NCBI GenBank assembly: GCA_041492755.1
Contig: JBGPXN010000018.1
Coordinates: 1 to 44,366 of the forward strand
Reading direction: 5' to 3'
Source: Candidatus Methylomirabilia bacterium
GTDB lineage: Bacteria; Methylomirabilota; Methylomirabilia; Rokubacteriales; CSP1-6
DNA length: 44,366 bases
Below the pieces are notes generated by a model. It had not been told where the DNA came from. It ran no database searches and was given only the letters and a program-made list of their open reading frames with translations. Positions within the stretch are counted from its first letter, which is position 1. Each line of letters opens with the position of its first letter. Positions 27,023-36,963 of this stretch are shown here, one piece after another. The position numbers and the translations under genes are program-made.

Positions 27023-28813
27023 ATGTCTGAAGCGCCGGAAGATCGTCACCTCAAGCTGACCGGCGACTTCGACTGCGACGCCACGCCGCTGGCCACGCTG
27101 CGGCATTCGACGTCGCACGTCATGGCGCAAGCGGTGAAGCGGCTGTTCCCCGACGTCAAGGTCGCCATCGGCCCCGCCATCGAGGACGGCTTCTACTACG
27201 ACTTCGCCAAGGCGGCGCCGTTTACGCCGGAGGATCTCGCGCGCATCGAGGCGACCATGGGCGAGATCGTGAAGGCCAACGTCCCGTTCGAGCGGTCGGA
27301 GATGCCGCGGTCGGAGGCGATCGCGTTCTTTCGCGAGCGGGGCGAGCCATACAAGGTCGAGATCCTCGAAGGCATCGACGCCGAGCGCGTGTCGCTCTAC
27401 CGGCAGGGGGACTTCATCGATCTCTGCCGCGGCCCGCACCTGGCGTCCACCGGCGCCATCAAGGCGTTCAAGCTCCTGTCGTCCTCCGGCGCGTACTGGC
27501 GCGGCGACGAGCGCAACGCCATGCTCCAGCGCATCTACGGGACGGCGTGGCTCACGCGGGAAGAGCTGGACCAGTACCTCTGGCGCCTGGAAGAGGCCAA
27601 GAAGCGCGACCACCGCAAGCTCGGGCGGGAGCTCGATCTCTACGTCTTCCACGACGTCACGCCGGGTGCGCCGCTGTGGCTGCCGCACGGCTGGACGATC
27701 GTGCGGGAGCTCGAGCGGTTCGTGCGCGAGGTGCTGGACGCGCGCGGTTACCAGGAGATCTCGACGCCGATCCTGGTCAACAAGCGGCTGTGGGAACAGT
27801 CCGGCCACTGGGAGCACTTCCGCCAGAACATGTTCCTGGTGGAGGCCGAGGAGGAAGTCTTCGGCCTCAAGCCGATGAATTGTCCGGAATCTACCCTCGT
27901 CTATCGGCATGCGCTCCGTTCCTATCGCGATCTTCCCCTCCGGTTCTCCGACATGGGACGGCTGCATCGCAACGAGCGTTCCGGCACCCTCAGCGGGCTC
28001 TTCCGGGTGCGGCAGTTCACGCAGGACGACGCGCACATCTACTGCCGCCTCGACCAGGTCCAGGACGAGATCACCGGCGTCCTCGAGCTGATCCGCGAGT
28101 GGTACAAGACGTTCGATCTCCATCCGTTCTTCAAGCTGTCGACGCGTCCCGAGAAGTCGATCGGTACCGAGGAGCAGTGGCACACGGCGGAACAGGGTCT
28201 GGCCGACGCGCTCCACGCCAGCGGGCTGAGCTACGACATGAATCCGGGTGACGGCGCCTTCTACGGCCCCAAGATCGACGTCGACATCCAGGACGTGCTC
28301 GGCCGGCGCTGGCAGGTGGCGACGGTCCAGGTCGACTTCGGGCAGCCCGACCGCTTCCAGCTCGAATACATCGATACCGACGGGCAGCCCCGCCGGCCGG
28401 TGATGGTCCACCGCGCCATCTTCGGCTCCTTCGAGCGCTTCATCGGCATCCTGACCGAGCACTACGCGGGCGCGTTCCCGACCTGGCTCGCCCCCGTGCA
28501 GGCGCGCGTGCTCCCGATCAGCGAGAAGCATCTCGACTACGGGCGCACGGTCTTTCAGGCCCTGCGCGCCGCCCGCATCCGCGCCGAGCTCGACGACCGT
28601 AACGAGAAGCTCGGCTACCGGATCCGCGACGCCCAGGTCCGCAAGGTCCCCTACATGCTGGTGGTCGGTGAGCGGGAGCGCGAGAGCGGGACCGTGAGCC
28701 TGCGCCACCGCACGGGGGAAGAGATCAAGGGTCTTCCCCTGGACGGCGTGGTCGCCGGCCTCGCCCGCGAGATCGCCGAGCGCGTAGCCAACCTCACCGT
28801 GGGCCGTTCGTGA
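27023..28813 (+). CDS. thrS: Threonine--tRNA ligase
   Basis: RHSTSH, DLCRGPH, KRDHRKLG, KPMNCP, FTQDDAH, GAFYGPKID. Confidence 0.98.
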   Translation: MSEAPEDRHLKLTGDFDCDATPLATLRHSTSHVMAQAVKRLFPDVKVAIGPAIEDGFYYDFAKAAPFTPEDLARIEATMGEIVKANVPFERSEMPRSEAIAFFRERGEPYKVEILEGIDAERVSLYRQGDFIDLCRGPHLASTGAIKAFKLLSSSGAYWRGDERNAMLQRIYGTAWLTREELDQYLWRLEEAKKRDHRKLGRELDLYVFHDVTPGAPLWLPHGWTIVRELERFVREVLDARGYQEISTPILVNKRLWEQSGHWEHFRQNMFLVEAEEEVFGLKPMNCPESTLVYRHALRSYRDLPLRFSDMGRLHRNERSGTLSGLFRVRQFTQDDAHIYCRLDQVQDEITGVLELIREWYKTFDLHPFFKLSTRPEKSIGTEEQWHTAEQGLADALHASGLSYDMNPGDGAFYGPKIDVDIQDVLGRRWQVATVQVDFGQPDRFQLEYIDTDGQPRRPVMVHRAIFGSFERFIGILTEHYAGAFPTWLAPVQARVLPISEKHLDYGRTVFQALRAARIRAELDDRNEKLGYRIRDAQVRKVPYMLVVGERERESGTVSLRHRTGEEIKGLPLDGVVAGLAREIAERVANLTVGRS

Positions 28814-28848
28814 TCTTTCCTTCCCAGCTTTAGCGAGGAGCAACGTCT

Positions 28849-29373
28849 ATCAGTCAATCAAAGGACATCCGCGTCAACGAAAGCATCCGCGTCCGCGAAG
28901 TCCGCGTGGTCAGCGCCGACGGCGAGCAGCTCGGCATCATGCCGATCCAGGAGGCGCTCGACACCGCGCGCTCCAAGGAGCTGGACCTCGTCGAGGTCGC
29001 GCCCGAGGCCCAGCCGCCGGTCTGTCGCATCATGGACTTCGGCAAGTACAAGTACACGCAGGCCCGGCGTCTGAAGGAAGCGCGCAAGAAGCAGACGACG
29101 ATCATGGTCAAGGAAGTAAAGATGGGCCCCAAGACCGAGAAGCACGACTTCGAGTTCAAGCTCAAGCACGTGCGACGCTTCCTGGAGGAGGGGCACAAGG
29201 CCAAGGTCACCGTGCGCTTCAAGGGCCGCGAGATGGCCCACACCGAGCTGGGGTGGAAGATGCTCCAGAAGATGGTGGAGGCCGTCCAGGACATCGCGCA
29301 CATCGAGAACAACGCCCGGATGGAAGGACGTATGCTGCACGTCGTCCTGAGTCCGAAGGCGAGCCAGCACTGA
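28849..29373 (+). CDS. infC: Translation initiation factor IF-3, non-canonical ATC start
   Basis: SD gaggag (28835-40), 8 nt, in-frame ATC; IRVNESIRVREVRVV, PPVCRIMDFGKYKY. Confidence 0.93.
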   Translation: MSQSKDIRVNESIRVREVRVVSADGEQLGIMPIQEALDTARSKELDLVEVAPEAQPPVCRIMDFGKYKYTQARRLKEARKKQTTIMVKEVKMGPKTEKHDFEFKLKHVRRFLEEGHKAKVTVRFKGREMAHTELGWKMLQKMVEAVQDIAHIENNARMEGRMLHVVLSPKASQH

Positions 29374-29383
29374 GGAGTGGACG

Positions 29384-29581
29384 ATGCCGAAGATGAGGAC
29401 CAAGCGCGGCGCGGCCAAGCGCCTGAAGAAGACGGCCTCCGGCCGGCTCAAGCGGGCGGGTGGCTGGAAGCAGCACAAGCTGGAGGGCAAGGAGCCCAAG
29501 CGCCGGCGCCGCCTGCGCAAGGGCAAGCTCATTTCGAAAGCGGACGAGAGCCGGCTCAAGGTTCTCGTGCCCTATCTCTGA
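29384..29581 (+). CDS. rpmI: 50S ribosomal protein L35
   Basis: MPKMRTKRGAAKRLKKTASG; position. Confidence 0.97.
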   Translation: MPKMRTKRGAAKRLKKTASGRLKRAGGWKQHKLEGKEPKRRRRLRKGKLISKADESRLKVLVPYL

Positions 29582-29602
29582 TCCCGACGGAGGACTGACG
29601 GA

Positions 29603-29959
29603 ATGCCACGCGCGAAGGGCGGCAGCAAGACGCGCCAGCGGCGCAAGAAGATTCTCAAGAAGGCCAAGGGCTACGTCGGCGGACGCCGCAAGCTCTACAA
29701 GACAGCCGCCGAGACGGTCCTGCGCGCGGGCGCCTTTGCCTACCGCGATCGCCGGCAGAAGAAGCGCCGCGCCCGTTCGCTCTGGATCGTGCGCATCAAC
29801 GCGGCCTGCCGTCAGACCGGCCTGTCCTACTCCACGTTCATGAACGGGCTCAAGAAGGCCGGCGTGCTGCTGGATCGCAAGGTCCTGGCCGAGCTGGCCG
29901 TGAGCGATCCGCCCGCCTTCGCCAAGCTCGCCGACAACGTCAAGGCTCAGGTCGGCTGA
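29603..29959 (+). CDS. rplT: 50S ribosomal protein L20
   Basis: [39 protein letters not shown]. Confidence 0.98.
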   Translation: MPRAKGGSKTRQRRKKILKKAKGYVGGRRKLYKTAAETVLRAGAFAYRDRRQKKRRARSLWIVRINAACRQTGLSYSTFMNGLKKAGVLLDRKVLAELAVSDPPAFAKLADNVKAQVG

Positions 29960-29964
29960 GCCAC

Positions 29965-31074
29965 ATGACGCGGTTCGAGCGGCGGCTCCGCTGCCGCAAT
30001 CTCCATTTGTCCGAAGCGGAGGGGGGTGTCGGGGGGAGCGGCGCTTCGCTCCCCCCGACGTCGTCATTAGCCGCCCTCCTCGCCGAGGCGCGGGAGGCCG
30101 TCGGCGCCGCCGGCACCGCCGCCGAGCTCGAGCAAGTCCGCATCCGCTTTCTCGGCCGGCAGGGCGCGCTGACCCAGCTCCTGCGCTCGCTGGCCAGCCT
30201 GCCGGCCTCCGAGCGGCCGCAGGTCGGCGCCGCCGCCAACCAGGCCAAGCAGCTCCTGGAATCGCTGCTCGACGAGAAGCTGCAAGCGGCACGGGGGTCG
30301 GAGCGCCGCGCGGCGCGCGAGCGCGAGCGCGTCGATCTCACGCTGCCGGGCCGGCGCCCGCCGTTCGGGACCGTGCATCCGCTCACGCGCGTGCAGGACG
30401 AGATCGTGTCGACCTTCATGGGGCTCGGCTTCTCGGTGGCCGAGGGCCCGGAGATCGAAAGCGACTACTACAACTTCGAGGCGCTGAACATCCCGCGCGA
30501 CCATCCCGCGCGCGACATGCAGGACACCTTCTATCTCTCGGAGGACACGCTCCTCCGCACCCACACGTCACCGGTGCAGATCCGGACGATGCAGGCGCAG
30601 CCGCCGCCGGTCCGGATCATCGTGCCCGGGAAGGTCTACCGGCGCGACGCCGACATCACGCACTCGCCGATGTTCCACCAGGTCGAGGGCCTCGCCGTCG
30701 ACCGCGACGTCTCCATGGCCGATCTCAAGGGCACCCTGGAGCTGTTCGCGCGGCGGATGTTCGGCGCCGACTCACGCATCCGCTTTCGCCCATCCTTCTT
30801 TCCGTTCACGGAGCCGTCGGCGGAAGTCGACGTGCTCTGCTTCGCGTGCGCCGGGGCCGGCTGCCGCGTCTGCAAGTCGAGCGGCTGGCTGGAGATCCTC
30901 GGCTCGGGCATGGTGCATCCGCGAGTCCTGAAGAACGTCGGCTACGATCCCGAGCAGTTCACGGGCTGGGCGTTCGGCATGGGCGTCGAGCGTGTGGCCA
31001 TGCTCAAGTACGGGGTCGACGACATCCGCCTCTTCTTCGAGAATGACCTCCGCTTCCTGCGCCAGTTCGCCTGA
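29965..31074 (+). CDS. pheS: Phenylalanine--tRNA ligase alpha subunit (N-terminal 30-aa palindromic insert)
   Basis: [36 protein letters not shown]. Confidence 0.97.
   Translation: MTRFERRLRCRNLHLSEAEGGVGGSGASLPPTSSLAALLAEAREAVGAAGTAAELEQVRIRFLGRQGALTQLLRSLASLPASERPQVGAAANQAKQLLESLLDEKLQAARGSERRAARERERVDLTLPGRRPPFGTVHPLTRVQDEIVSTFMGLGFSVAEGPEIESDYYNFEALNIPRDHPARDMQDTFYLSEDTLLRTHTSPVQIRTMQAQPPPVRIIVPGKVYRRDADITHSPMFHQVEGLAVDRDVSMADLKGTLELFARRMFGADSRIRFRPSFFPFTEPSAEVDVLCFACAGAGCRVCKSSGWLEILGSGMVHPRVLKNVGYDPEQFTGWAFGMGVERVAMLKYGVDDIRLFFENDLRFLRQFA
29971..30060 (+). repeat. 90-nt two-hairpin palindromic element (family B) in frame within pheS
   Basis: gcggcggc-tcc-gctgccgc and perfect gtcggggggagcg/cgctccccccgac stems; gacg on both sides. 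Confidence 0.7.
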
Positions 31075-31086
31075 GCGGTGGCCCCG

Positions 31087-33492
31087 ATGAAGATCCCGTA
31101 CCACTGGATTCGCGAGTTCGTCGACCTGCCGCTCACCGCGGCCCAGGCGGGGGATCGTCTGATGAACGCCGGCATCGAGGTCGCGGCCGTCACCCCGCTG
31201 GCACCGGCGGGCCTGGCCGGGATCGTGGTGGGCGAGATCGAGGCGATCGAGCGCGACCTCGGCGAGAGCCACGGTCACCGCCTGGTCCTCTGCCGCGTGA
31301 GCACCGGCCGGGGGAAATTCAGCGTCGTGTGCGGGGCGCCGAACACCGTGGTCGGTGTTCGCGCGGCCTTCGCGCCGCCGGGCGCCCGGCTGCCGGGCGG
31401 ACGCGAGGTGGCGGCGGTCAAGATTCGCGACGTGGAGTCGCAGGGGACGCTGTGCTCCGAGCGCGAGCTCGGGCTCGGTGAGGAGCACGAGCGCGGTATC
31501 CTGACCGTGGGCAGCGACGCGCCGCTCGGCCGGGACCTCATCGCGCTCCTGGGCCTCGACGACCACGTGCTCGAGGTGGAGGTCACGCCGAATCGGCCCG
31601 ATTGCTTGTCGGTCATCGGCGTTGCCCGCGAGCTGGCGGCGTTGACCGGCACGCCGTTCCGCCCGCCGTCGGTGGCGGTGAAGGAGTCGGGGGAAAGCGC
31701 GGAGAGCCTGGCCCGGCTGCAGCTCGACGCGCCCGACCTGTGCCGCCGGTACACCGTGCGCATCATCAGCGGGCTGCGCGTCGGACCATCGCCGGCGTGG
31801 ATGGCCGCGCGGCTGCGGGCGGTGGGCCTGCGTCCCATCAGCAACGTCGTCGACGTCACCAACTACGTGCTGTGGGAGCTCGGTCATCCGCTGCACGCGT
31901 TCGATCACGCCAAGGTGGCCGATCGGACCGTGGTCGTCCGGCGGGCGCGGACGGGGGAGCGCTTCACGACGCTCGACGGCCAGGAGCGCACGCTGACCGA
32001 CCGCATGCTCGTGATCGCCGATCCGCGGCGCGCCATCGGTCTGGCCGGGGTGATGGGCGGCGCCAACACCGAGGTCACGGACGCGACCGACCGCGTGCTG
32101 CTCGAAAGCGCGTGGTTCGATCCCGCGACCACGCGTCGCACGTCGCGCGCGCTGGGGCTGGCCACCGACGCCGCCTATCGGTTCGAGCGCGGCGCGGACG
32201 TCGAGGGGCTGGTGGAGGCGCAAGACCGTGCCGCCCAGCTGATGGCCGACCTCGCCGGCGGTGCCGTTGCCCGCGGGATGCTGGACGCCTACCCCGCCCC
32301 GCGCCCGCGGCCACAGGTCCGGTTGCGGATGGCGCGGGTGAAGCGGGTGCTCGGTGTCGCGCCGGAGCGCGCGGAAGCGCGCCGGATCCTCCTCGGTCTC
32401 GGGCTGCCCGTGACGGATCGGGGTGATGACCTCGAGGTCGAGGTGCCCGGGTTCCGGCGTGACATCGCGATCGAGGACGATCTGGTGGAAGAAGTGATCC
32501 GGGTGTGGGGCTACGACCGGATCCCCTCGCTCGTGTCGAGCAGCGCCACCGGCCTCGTGTCCCAGCCGCCCACGCGCGCGCAGGATGACGTGGTTCGCCG
32601 CGCGCTGGTGGGCGCCGGGCTCACCGAAGTCATTACCTACAGCTTCGGCGATCCCGCGCACGAGGCGGTGCTGGGCGGTCTCGTCGGCGACGCGCCGCTC
32701 GCGCTCCTGAATCCGCTCAGCCGCGACGCGAGCGTGCTCCGCCGCCACCTGCTCGACGGCCTGCTCGGCGTCATCGCCACCAACGCGCGACGGCAGCAGC
32801 CGAACGTGCGCATCTTCGAGATCGGCAAGGTCTACGGCCGCGACGCCGGCGAGCCGTCGGAGGCGCGCTGGGCGGGGCTGGCGTTGACCGGTACGCGCGG
32901 CGGGCTCGCCTGGTACGGCGGTCAGGAGCCCGTGGACGTCTACGACGCCAAGGGTGTGGCCGAGCACGTGCTCGCGACCCTCGGTCTCTCCGGCTGGGAG
33001 GTGGGGCCAGGACTGCCCGACGGCTTCGAGCCCGACTGTTTCGGCGCGCTCGTGAGCCCGAACGGCCGCATCCTCGCCATGTTCGGCGAGGTGGCGCAGG
33101 CGGCCCGCGCGCAGTTCGACGTGGAGGCGTCGGTCTTCGCCGCCATGGTGCCGCTGGACTGGCTGCTCACCGTGCCGGTGCCGCCGCGCAAGCACGACCC
33201 GCTGCCGCGCTTCCCGTTCGTGCAGCGCGACGTCGCGTTCCTCGTCGAAGGCCAGGAGGAGCTGACGGCGGCGGCGATCGAGGCCGTGATCCATCGCGAG
33301 GGCGGCCCGCTGCTGCAAGACGTCACCCTGTTCGACGTCTTCCGCTTCCCGGACGGACGGCGGAATCTCGCGTGGCGCCTGACCTTCCAGGCGGACGACC
33401 GCACGTTCACCGATGAAGAACTCAACGCCATCCAGGAGCGCGTGGGCCGCCGAGTAGCTCAGCAATTCGGGGTGACGTGGCGGGGGGTGTGA
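31087..33492 (+). CDS. pheT: Phenylalanine--tRNA ligase beta subunit
   Basis: VCGAPN, TPNRPDCLS, NVVDVTNYV, RFERG, DLVEEVIRVWGY, FDX-ACB tail. Confidence 0.98.
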   Translation: MKIPYHWIREFVDLPLTAAQAGDRLMNAGIEVAAVTPLAPAGLAGIVVGEIEAIERDLGESHGHRLVLCRVSTGRGKFSVVCGAPNTVVGVRAAFAPPGARLPGGREVAAVKIRDVESQGTLCSERELGLGEEHERGILTVGSDAPLGRDLIALLGLDDHVLEVEVTPNRPDCLSVIGVARELAALTGTPFRPPSVAVKESGESAESLARLQLDAPDLCRRYTVRIISGLRVGPSPAWMAARLRAVGLRPISNVVDVTNYVLWELGHPLHAFDHAKVADRTVVVRRARTGERFTTLDGQERTLTDRMLVIADPRRAIGLAGVMGGANTEVTDATDRVLLESAWFDPATTRRTSRALGLATDAAYRFERGADVEGLVEAQDRAAQLMADLAGGAVARGMLDAYPAPRPRPQVRLRMARVKRVLGVAPERAEARRILLGLGLPVTDRGDDLEVEVPGFRRDIAIEDDLVEEVIRVWGYDRIPSLVSSSATGLVSQPPTRAQDDVVRRALVGAGLTEVITYSFGDPAHEAVLGGLVGDAPLALLNPLSRDASVLRRHLLDGLLGVIATNARRQQPNVRIFEIGKVYGRDAGEPSEARWAGLALTGTRGGLAWYGGQEPVDVYDAKGVAEHVLATLGLSGWEVGPGLPDGFEPDCFGALVSPNGRILAMFGEVAQAARAQFDVEASVFAAMVPLDWLLTVPVPPRKHDPLPRFPFVQRDVAFLVEGQEELTAAAIEAVIHREGGPLLQDVTLFDVFRFPDGRRNLAWRLTFQADDRTFTDEELNAIQERVGRRVAQQFGVTWRGV

Positions 33493-33505
33493 TGAGTGAC
33501 GGGGT

Positions 33506-33587
33506 GATCGAGGCGCGCCACGGGTTCCCCGAGGCGCTCCGAGCGTTGGGGGGAGTGGGGGGCCATGTCGGGGCCCCCCACTCGATC
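33506..33587 (-). repeat. REP-like palindromic element, family A copy 3
   Basis: Reverse complement gtggggggccccgacatggccccccactccccccaacgctcg...gcgcctcgatc; ends gatcgag / ctcgatc. Confidence 0.85.
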
Positions 33588-33589
33588 AG

Positions 33590-33865
33590 ATGAGCGACGG
33601 GGTGATCGAGCGGCTCGCCCAGCTCGAGGAGGCGGTCCGCCGCGCCAGCGAAGGGCTCCAGCGCTTGCGGGCCGACAACGAGCGCCTCTCCGAGGAGAGC
33701 GCGCGCGCCCGCGAGGAAACCGAGCGCGCCCGCGAAGAAAGCGAGCGCGCGCGTGAGGAGAACGAGCGGCTGCGGCGCGAAGTCACCCGGCTCACCGCGG
33801 AGCGCAAACAGGTGGTGGCGCAAATCGACGGGCTGCTCGCGGATATCGCCAAGCTCGAGCTGTGA
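33590..33865 (+). CDS. zapB: ZapB-like coiled-coil protein
   Basis: Heptad coiled coil ERLAQLEEAVRRA...QIDGLLADI; located between pheT and zapA. Confidence 0.7.
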   Translation: MSDGVIERLAQLEEAVRRASEGLQRLRADNERLSEESARAREETERAREESERAREENERLRREVTRLTAERKQVVAQIDGLLADIAKLEL

Positions 33866-33884
33866 CGGAGACACGCGGGCCGGC

Positions 33885-34172
33885 ATGACCGAAGCGCAGC
33901 GGGTCGAGCTCAGCATCCTCGGCCAGACGCTGACCCTGCGTACCGCCGCGTCGCCCGAGCACCTCCGTGAGCTCGCCGCCTACGTCGAGGAGCGCGTGGC
34001 CACGTTGCGGCGCTCCGGCGTGCCCGATCCGACCCGTGCCCTGATCCTGGCCGCCCTCGACATCACCGACGAGCTGTTCCGCGCGCGCGACGAGCACCGG
34101 CACGCCGAGGACGTGGAGGCGCGCCTGCGCAAGCTGGTGGCCATCCTCGAAAGCGTGACGCCCCCGGAGTGA
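33885..34172 (+). CDS. zapA: Cell division protein ZapA
   Basis: VELSILGQTLTL, LAAYVEERV, ILAALDITDELF. Confidence 0.9.
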   Translation: MTEAQRVELSILGQTLTLRTAASPEHLRELAAYVEERVATLRRSGVPDPTRALILAALDITDELFRARDEHRHAEDVEARLRKLVAILESVTPPE

Positions 34173-34180
34173 ATGATGAA

Positions 34181-34253
34181 ATGGGGGGCCCCGACATGGC
34201 CCCCCATACCCCACGCTCGTCGCGCCCCGGCGAAGCCGGGGCACTCCTCGAAC
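34181..34253 (+). repeat. REP-like palindromic element, family A copy 4
   Basis: atggggggccccgacatggccccccataccccacgctcgtcgcgccccggcgaagccggggcactcctcgaac. Confidence 0.85.
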
Positions 34254-34280
34254 GCCGACCCCCGCGCACGCAACAATTGC

Positions 34281-34309
34281 TTGACGCCGGCAGCCCCGGC
34301 CGGTACACA
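34281..34309 (+). promoter_or_regulatory. sigma70 promoter of 6S RNA
   Basis: ttgacg-17 nt-tacaca. Confidence 0.6.
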
Positions 34310-34314
34310 GGAAT

Positions 34315-34494
34315 GGTCCCTGCGCTGTACGTGATGCCGGGGGGAAGTTTCAACCTCGTTTATACAACGGGAGCCGCAGTGAGGGTGGTGTGCAAGCCCC
34401 TCCGAGAAGGGGACGCCTGAAGCCCTCCAGTCGCGCGCCCACCTGGTACATACCAGGTTCGAGACACCGTCGGCACACGGCAGAGGTGGGGATC
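34315..34494 (+). ncRNA. ssrS: 6S RNA
   Basis: About 180 nt; terminal pairing ggtccc/gggatc, cgtg/cacg, tgccgg/tcggca; A/U-rich central bubble; conserved zapA-ssrS-rny context. Confidence 0.85.
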
Positions 34495-34498
34495 TTGA

Positions 34499-34528
34499 TT
34501 GACTCCCCCATTCCCCCGCCCCTATACT
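34499..34528 (+). promoter_or_regulatory. sigma70 promoter of rny
   Basis: ttgact-18 nt-tatact. Confidence 0.65.
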
Positions 34529-34583
34529 TGTCAAATCTGACGGCTATTTGCGATTCACAATCAGCCTTCGGGATGACATAACG

Positions 34584-36146
34584 ATGGACATCTGGGTCGT
34601 GGTGGCTCTTCTTTTTGTCGTTGCCATCGTCGCCGTCGTGGTCGGTTATCTCGCCCAGAAGTGGATCACGGACAAGAAGGTCGGGGAGGCGGGCGTCCGC
34701 GCCCAGCGCATCGTCGGCGATGCCGAGCGGGACGCCGAGACGCGTCGACGCACCGCCGATCTGGAAGCCAGAGAGCTGATCCTCAAGGCTCGCGCCGAGT
34801 TCGACGCCGAGAGCCGCCGGCGCGAGCGCGACATCGAGAAGATCGAGCAACGGATCCTCGGCAAGGAAGACCAGCTCGCCCGCAAGCTCGAGGACCTCGA
34901 GCGCAAGCTTCAGGAGTCGGCGAACCGCGACCGTGCCGTCACCCAGCGCGAGAAGACGCTGGCCGAGCACGAGCAGCGGCTCGCTTCGGCGATGGAGGAG
35001 CAGCGCCGCAAGCTCGAGACGATCGCTGGCCTCACCGCCGAGGAGGCGAAGCGACAGCTCGTGGCCCAGATGGAAGAAGAGGCGCGCCGCGAGGCCGCGC
35101 TCATCGGCATGCGGCTCGAGGAGGAAGCGCGCGAGACCGCCCAGGTCAAGGCGCGCGAAGTCCTGGCCACGGCGATCCAGCGCCTGGCCCCGGACTACAC
35201 GGTGGAGACGTCGGTGTCGGTGGTCGACCTGCCGTCCGACGACATGAAGGGCCGCATCATCGGCCGTGAGGGCCGGAACATCCGGGCCCTCGAGCTGCAC
35301 ACGGGCGTCGACCTGATCGTGGACGACACCCCCGAGGCCGTGCTGATCTCCGCCTACGACCCGTACCGGCGCGAGATCGCGCGGCGGGCGCTCCAGATCC
35401 TCATCGCCGACGGCCGCATCCATCCCGCGCGTATCGAAGAGGTGGTGGAGAAGGTCAAGAGGGAGATGGAGCAGCACCTCAAGGAAGAGGGCGAGAAGAG
35501 CTGCTTCGAGCTCGGCATCCACGGCCTGCACCCCGAGCTCGTCAAGCTCGTCGGCCGCTTGAAGTTCCGGACGTCGTACGGTCAGAACTGCCTGCAGCAC
35601 TCCAAGGAAGTCTCCTGGCTGGCCGGGATGATGGCGGCCGAGATCAAGGCCGACGTGAAGCTCGCCAAGCGGATGGGACTGCTGCACGACATCGGCAAGG
35701 CGCTGACCCACGAGCAGGAGGGCAGCCACCCCGAGCTGTCGCTGCAAGTCCTGACCAAGTACAACGAGAGCGCGGAGGTCATCAACGCGGCGCTGTGCGG
35801 GCACGAGAACGTGGAGCCGCAGACCATCGAGGCCGTGCTGGTGGAGGCCGCCGACGGAATCTCGGCCGCGCGTCCGGGCGCCCGGCGCGACGTGCTCGAG
35901 TCCTACATCAAGCGGCTGGCCAAGCTGGAGGAAATTGCGCTCTCGTACAAGGGCGTCGACATGTGCTACGCCATCCAGGCGGGCCGCGAGCTGCGGGTCG
36001 TCACCAAGGCGGACATCCTGTCCGACCTCGACGCGCATCAGCTGGCCAAGGACATCACCAAGCGCATCGAGGCGGAGATGCAGTACCCCGGTCACATCAA
36101 GGTCGTCGTCATTCGCGAGACGCGCGCCGTCGAAGTCGCGAAATAG
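34584..36146 (+). CDS. rny: Ribonuclease Y
   Basis: N-terminal TM and coiled coil, [37 protein letters not shown]. Confidence 0.97.
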   Translation: MDIWVVVALLFVVAIVAVVVGYLAQKWITDKKVGEAGVRAQRIVGDAERDAETRRRTADLEARELILKARAEFDAESRRRERDIEKIEQRILGKEDQLARKLEDLERKLQESANRDRAVTQREKTLAEHEQRLASAMEEQRRKLETIAGLTAEEAKRQLVAQMEEEARREAALIGMRLEEEARETAQVKAREVLATAIQRLAPDYTVETSVSVVDLPSDDMKGRIIGREGRNIRALELHTGVDLIVDDTPEAVLISAYDPYRREIARRALQILIADGRIHPARIEEVVEKVKREMEQHLKEEGEKSCFELGIHGLHPELVKLVGRLKFRTSYGQNCLQHSKEVSWLAGMMAAEIKADVKLAKRMGLLHDIGKALTHEQEGSHPELSLQVLTKYNESAEVINAALCGHENVEPQTIEAVLVEAADGISAARPGARRDVLESYIKRLAKLEEIALSYKGVDMCYAIQAGRELRVVTKADILSDLDAHQLAKDITKRIEAEMQYPGHIKVVVIRETRAVEVAK

Positions 36147-36152
36147 GGCGGT

Positions 36153-36929
36153 ATGAACATCCTCATGGTCGGTGACGTCTTCGGCGAGCCCGGTCGCGCG
36201 GCCGTCAAGAAGCTTCTGCCCGGTCTCCGTCGCCAGCACGAGATCGACCTGGCCGTCGTGAACGTCGAGAACGCCGCCGGCGGCTCCGGCGTGCTGCCGG
36301 GCATGGTGCGCGAGTTCCTCGACTCCGGCGCCGACGTGATGACGTCCGGCAACCACATCTTCAGCAAGAAGGAAATCATTCCCCTCATCGCCAAGGAGAA
36401 CCTCCTGCTGCGGCCGGCCAACTACCCGGCGGGGACGCCCGGGGCCGGCTTCGTCACCGTGAAGGCCGGGCCGCATCGGGTGGGGGTCCTCAATCTGATG
36501 GGGCGCGTCTTCATGAATCCGATCGACTGCCCGTTCCGCAAAGCGGACGAGGTCCTGCCCGAGCTGGCGCGTGAGACGCGAATCATCGTGGTGGACATGC
36601 ACGCGGAGGCCACGTCCGAATCGGTCGCAATGGGATGGTACCTCGACGGGCGGGTGAGCGCGGTGGTCGGCACGCATCGGCACGTGCAGACGGCTGACGA
36701 GCGCGTGCTGCCCAAGGGCACCGCCTACATCACCGACCTCGGGATGACCGGGCCCACCGAGGGCGTCATCGGCGTGGACCGCGAGATCATCCTGCGGCGC
36801 TTCCTCACCCAGATGCCCGTCCGCTTCGAGCCGGCCCGGGGCCCGGCCGCGCTCCACGCGGTCGTCATCACGGTCGATCCCGACACGGGCCGCGCCTCGG
36901 ACATCCGCCGCCTCCGCGTACCGGCTTGA
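36153..36929 (+). CDS. ymdB: YmdB-like metallophosphoesterase (TIGR00282)
   Basis: GDVFGEPGR, NVENAAGG, TSGNH, DMHAEATSE, GTHRHVQTADE. Confidence 0.93.
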   Translation: MNILMVGDVFGEPGRAAVKKLLPGLRRQHEIDLAVVNVENAAGGSGVLPGMVREFLDSGADVMTSGNHIFSKKEIIPLIAKENLLLRPANYPAGTPGAGFVTVKAGPHRVGVLNLMGRVFMNPIDCPFRKADEVLPELARETRIIVVDMHAEATSESVAMGWYLDGRVSAVVGTHRHVQTADERVLPKGTAYITDLGMTGPTEGVIGVDREIILRRFLTQMPVRFEPARGPAALHAVVITVDPDTGRASDIRRLRVPA

Positions 36930-36963
36930 CTCTGGTGTCCCGCAGGGGCGGGCAGGCGCGGGC

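Noticed and set aside
35785..35810. RNase Y HD-domain variant AALCGHEN (usually ..AHH..)
   Set aside because: Single-residue deviation with the main HD and AD motifs intact; cannot be judged without an alignment
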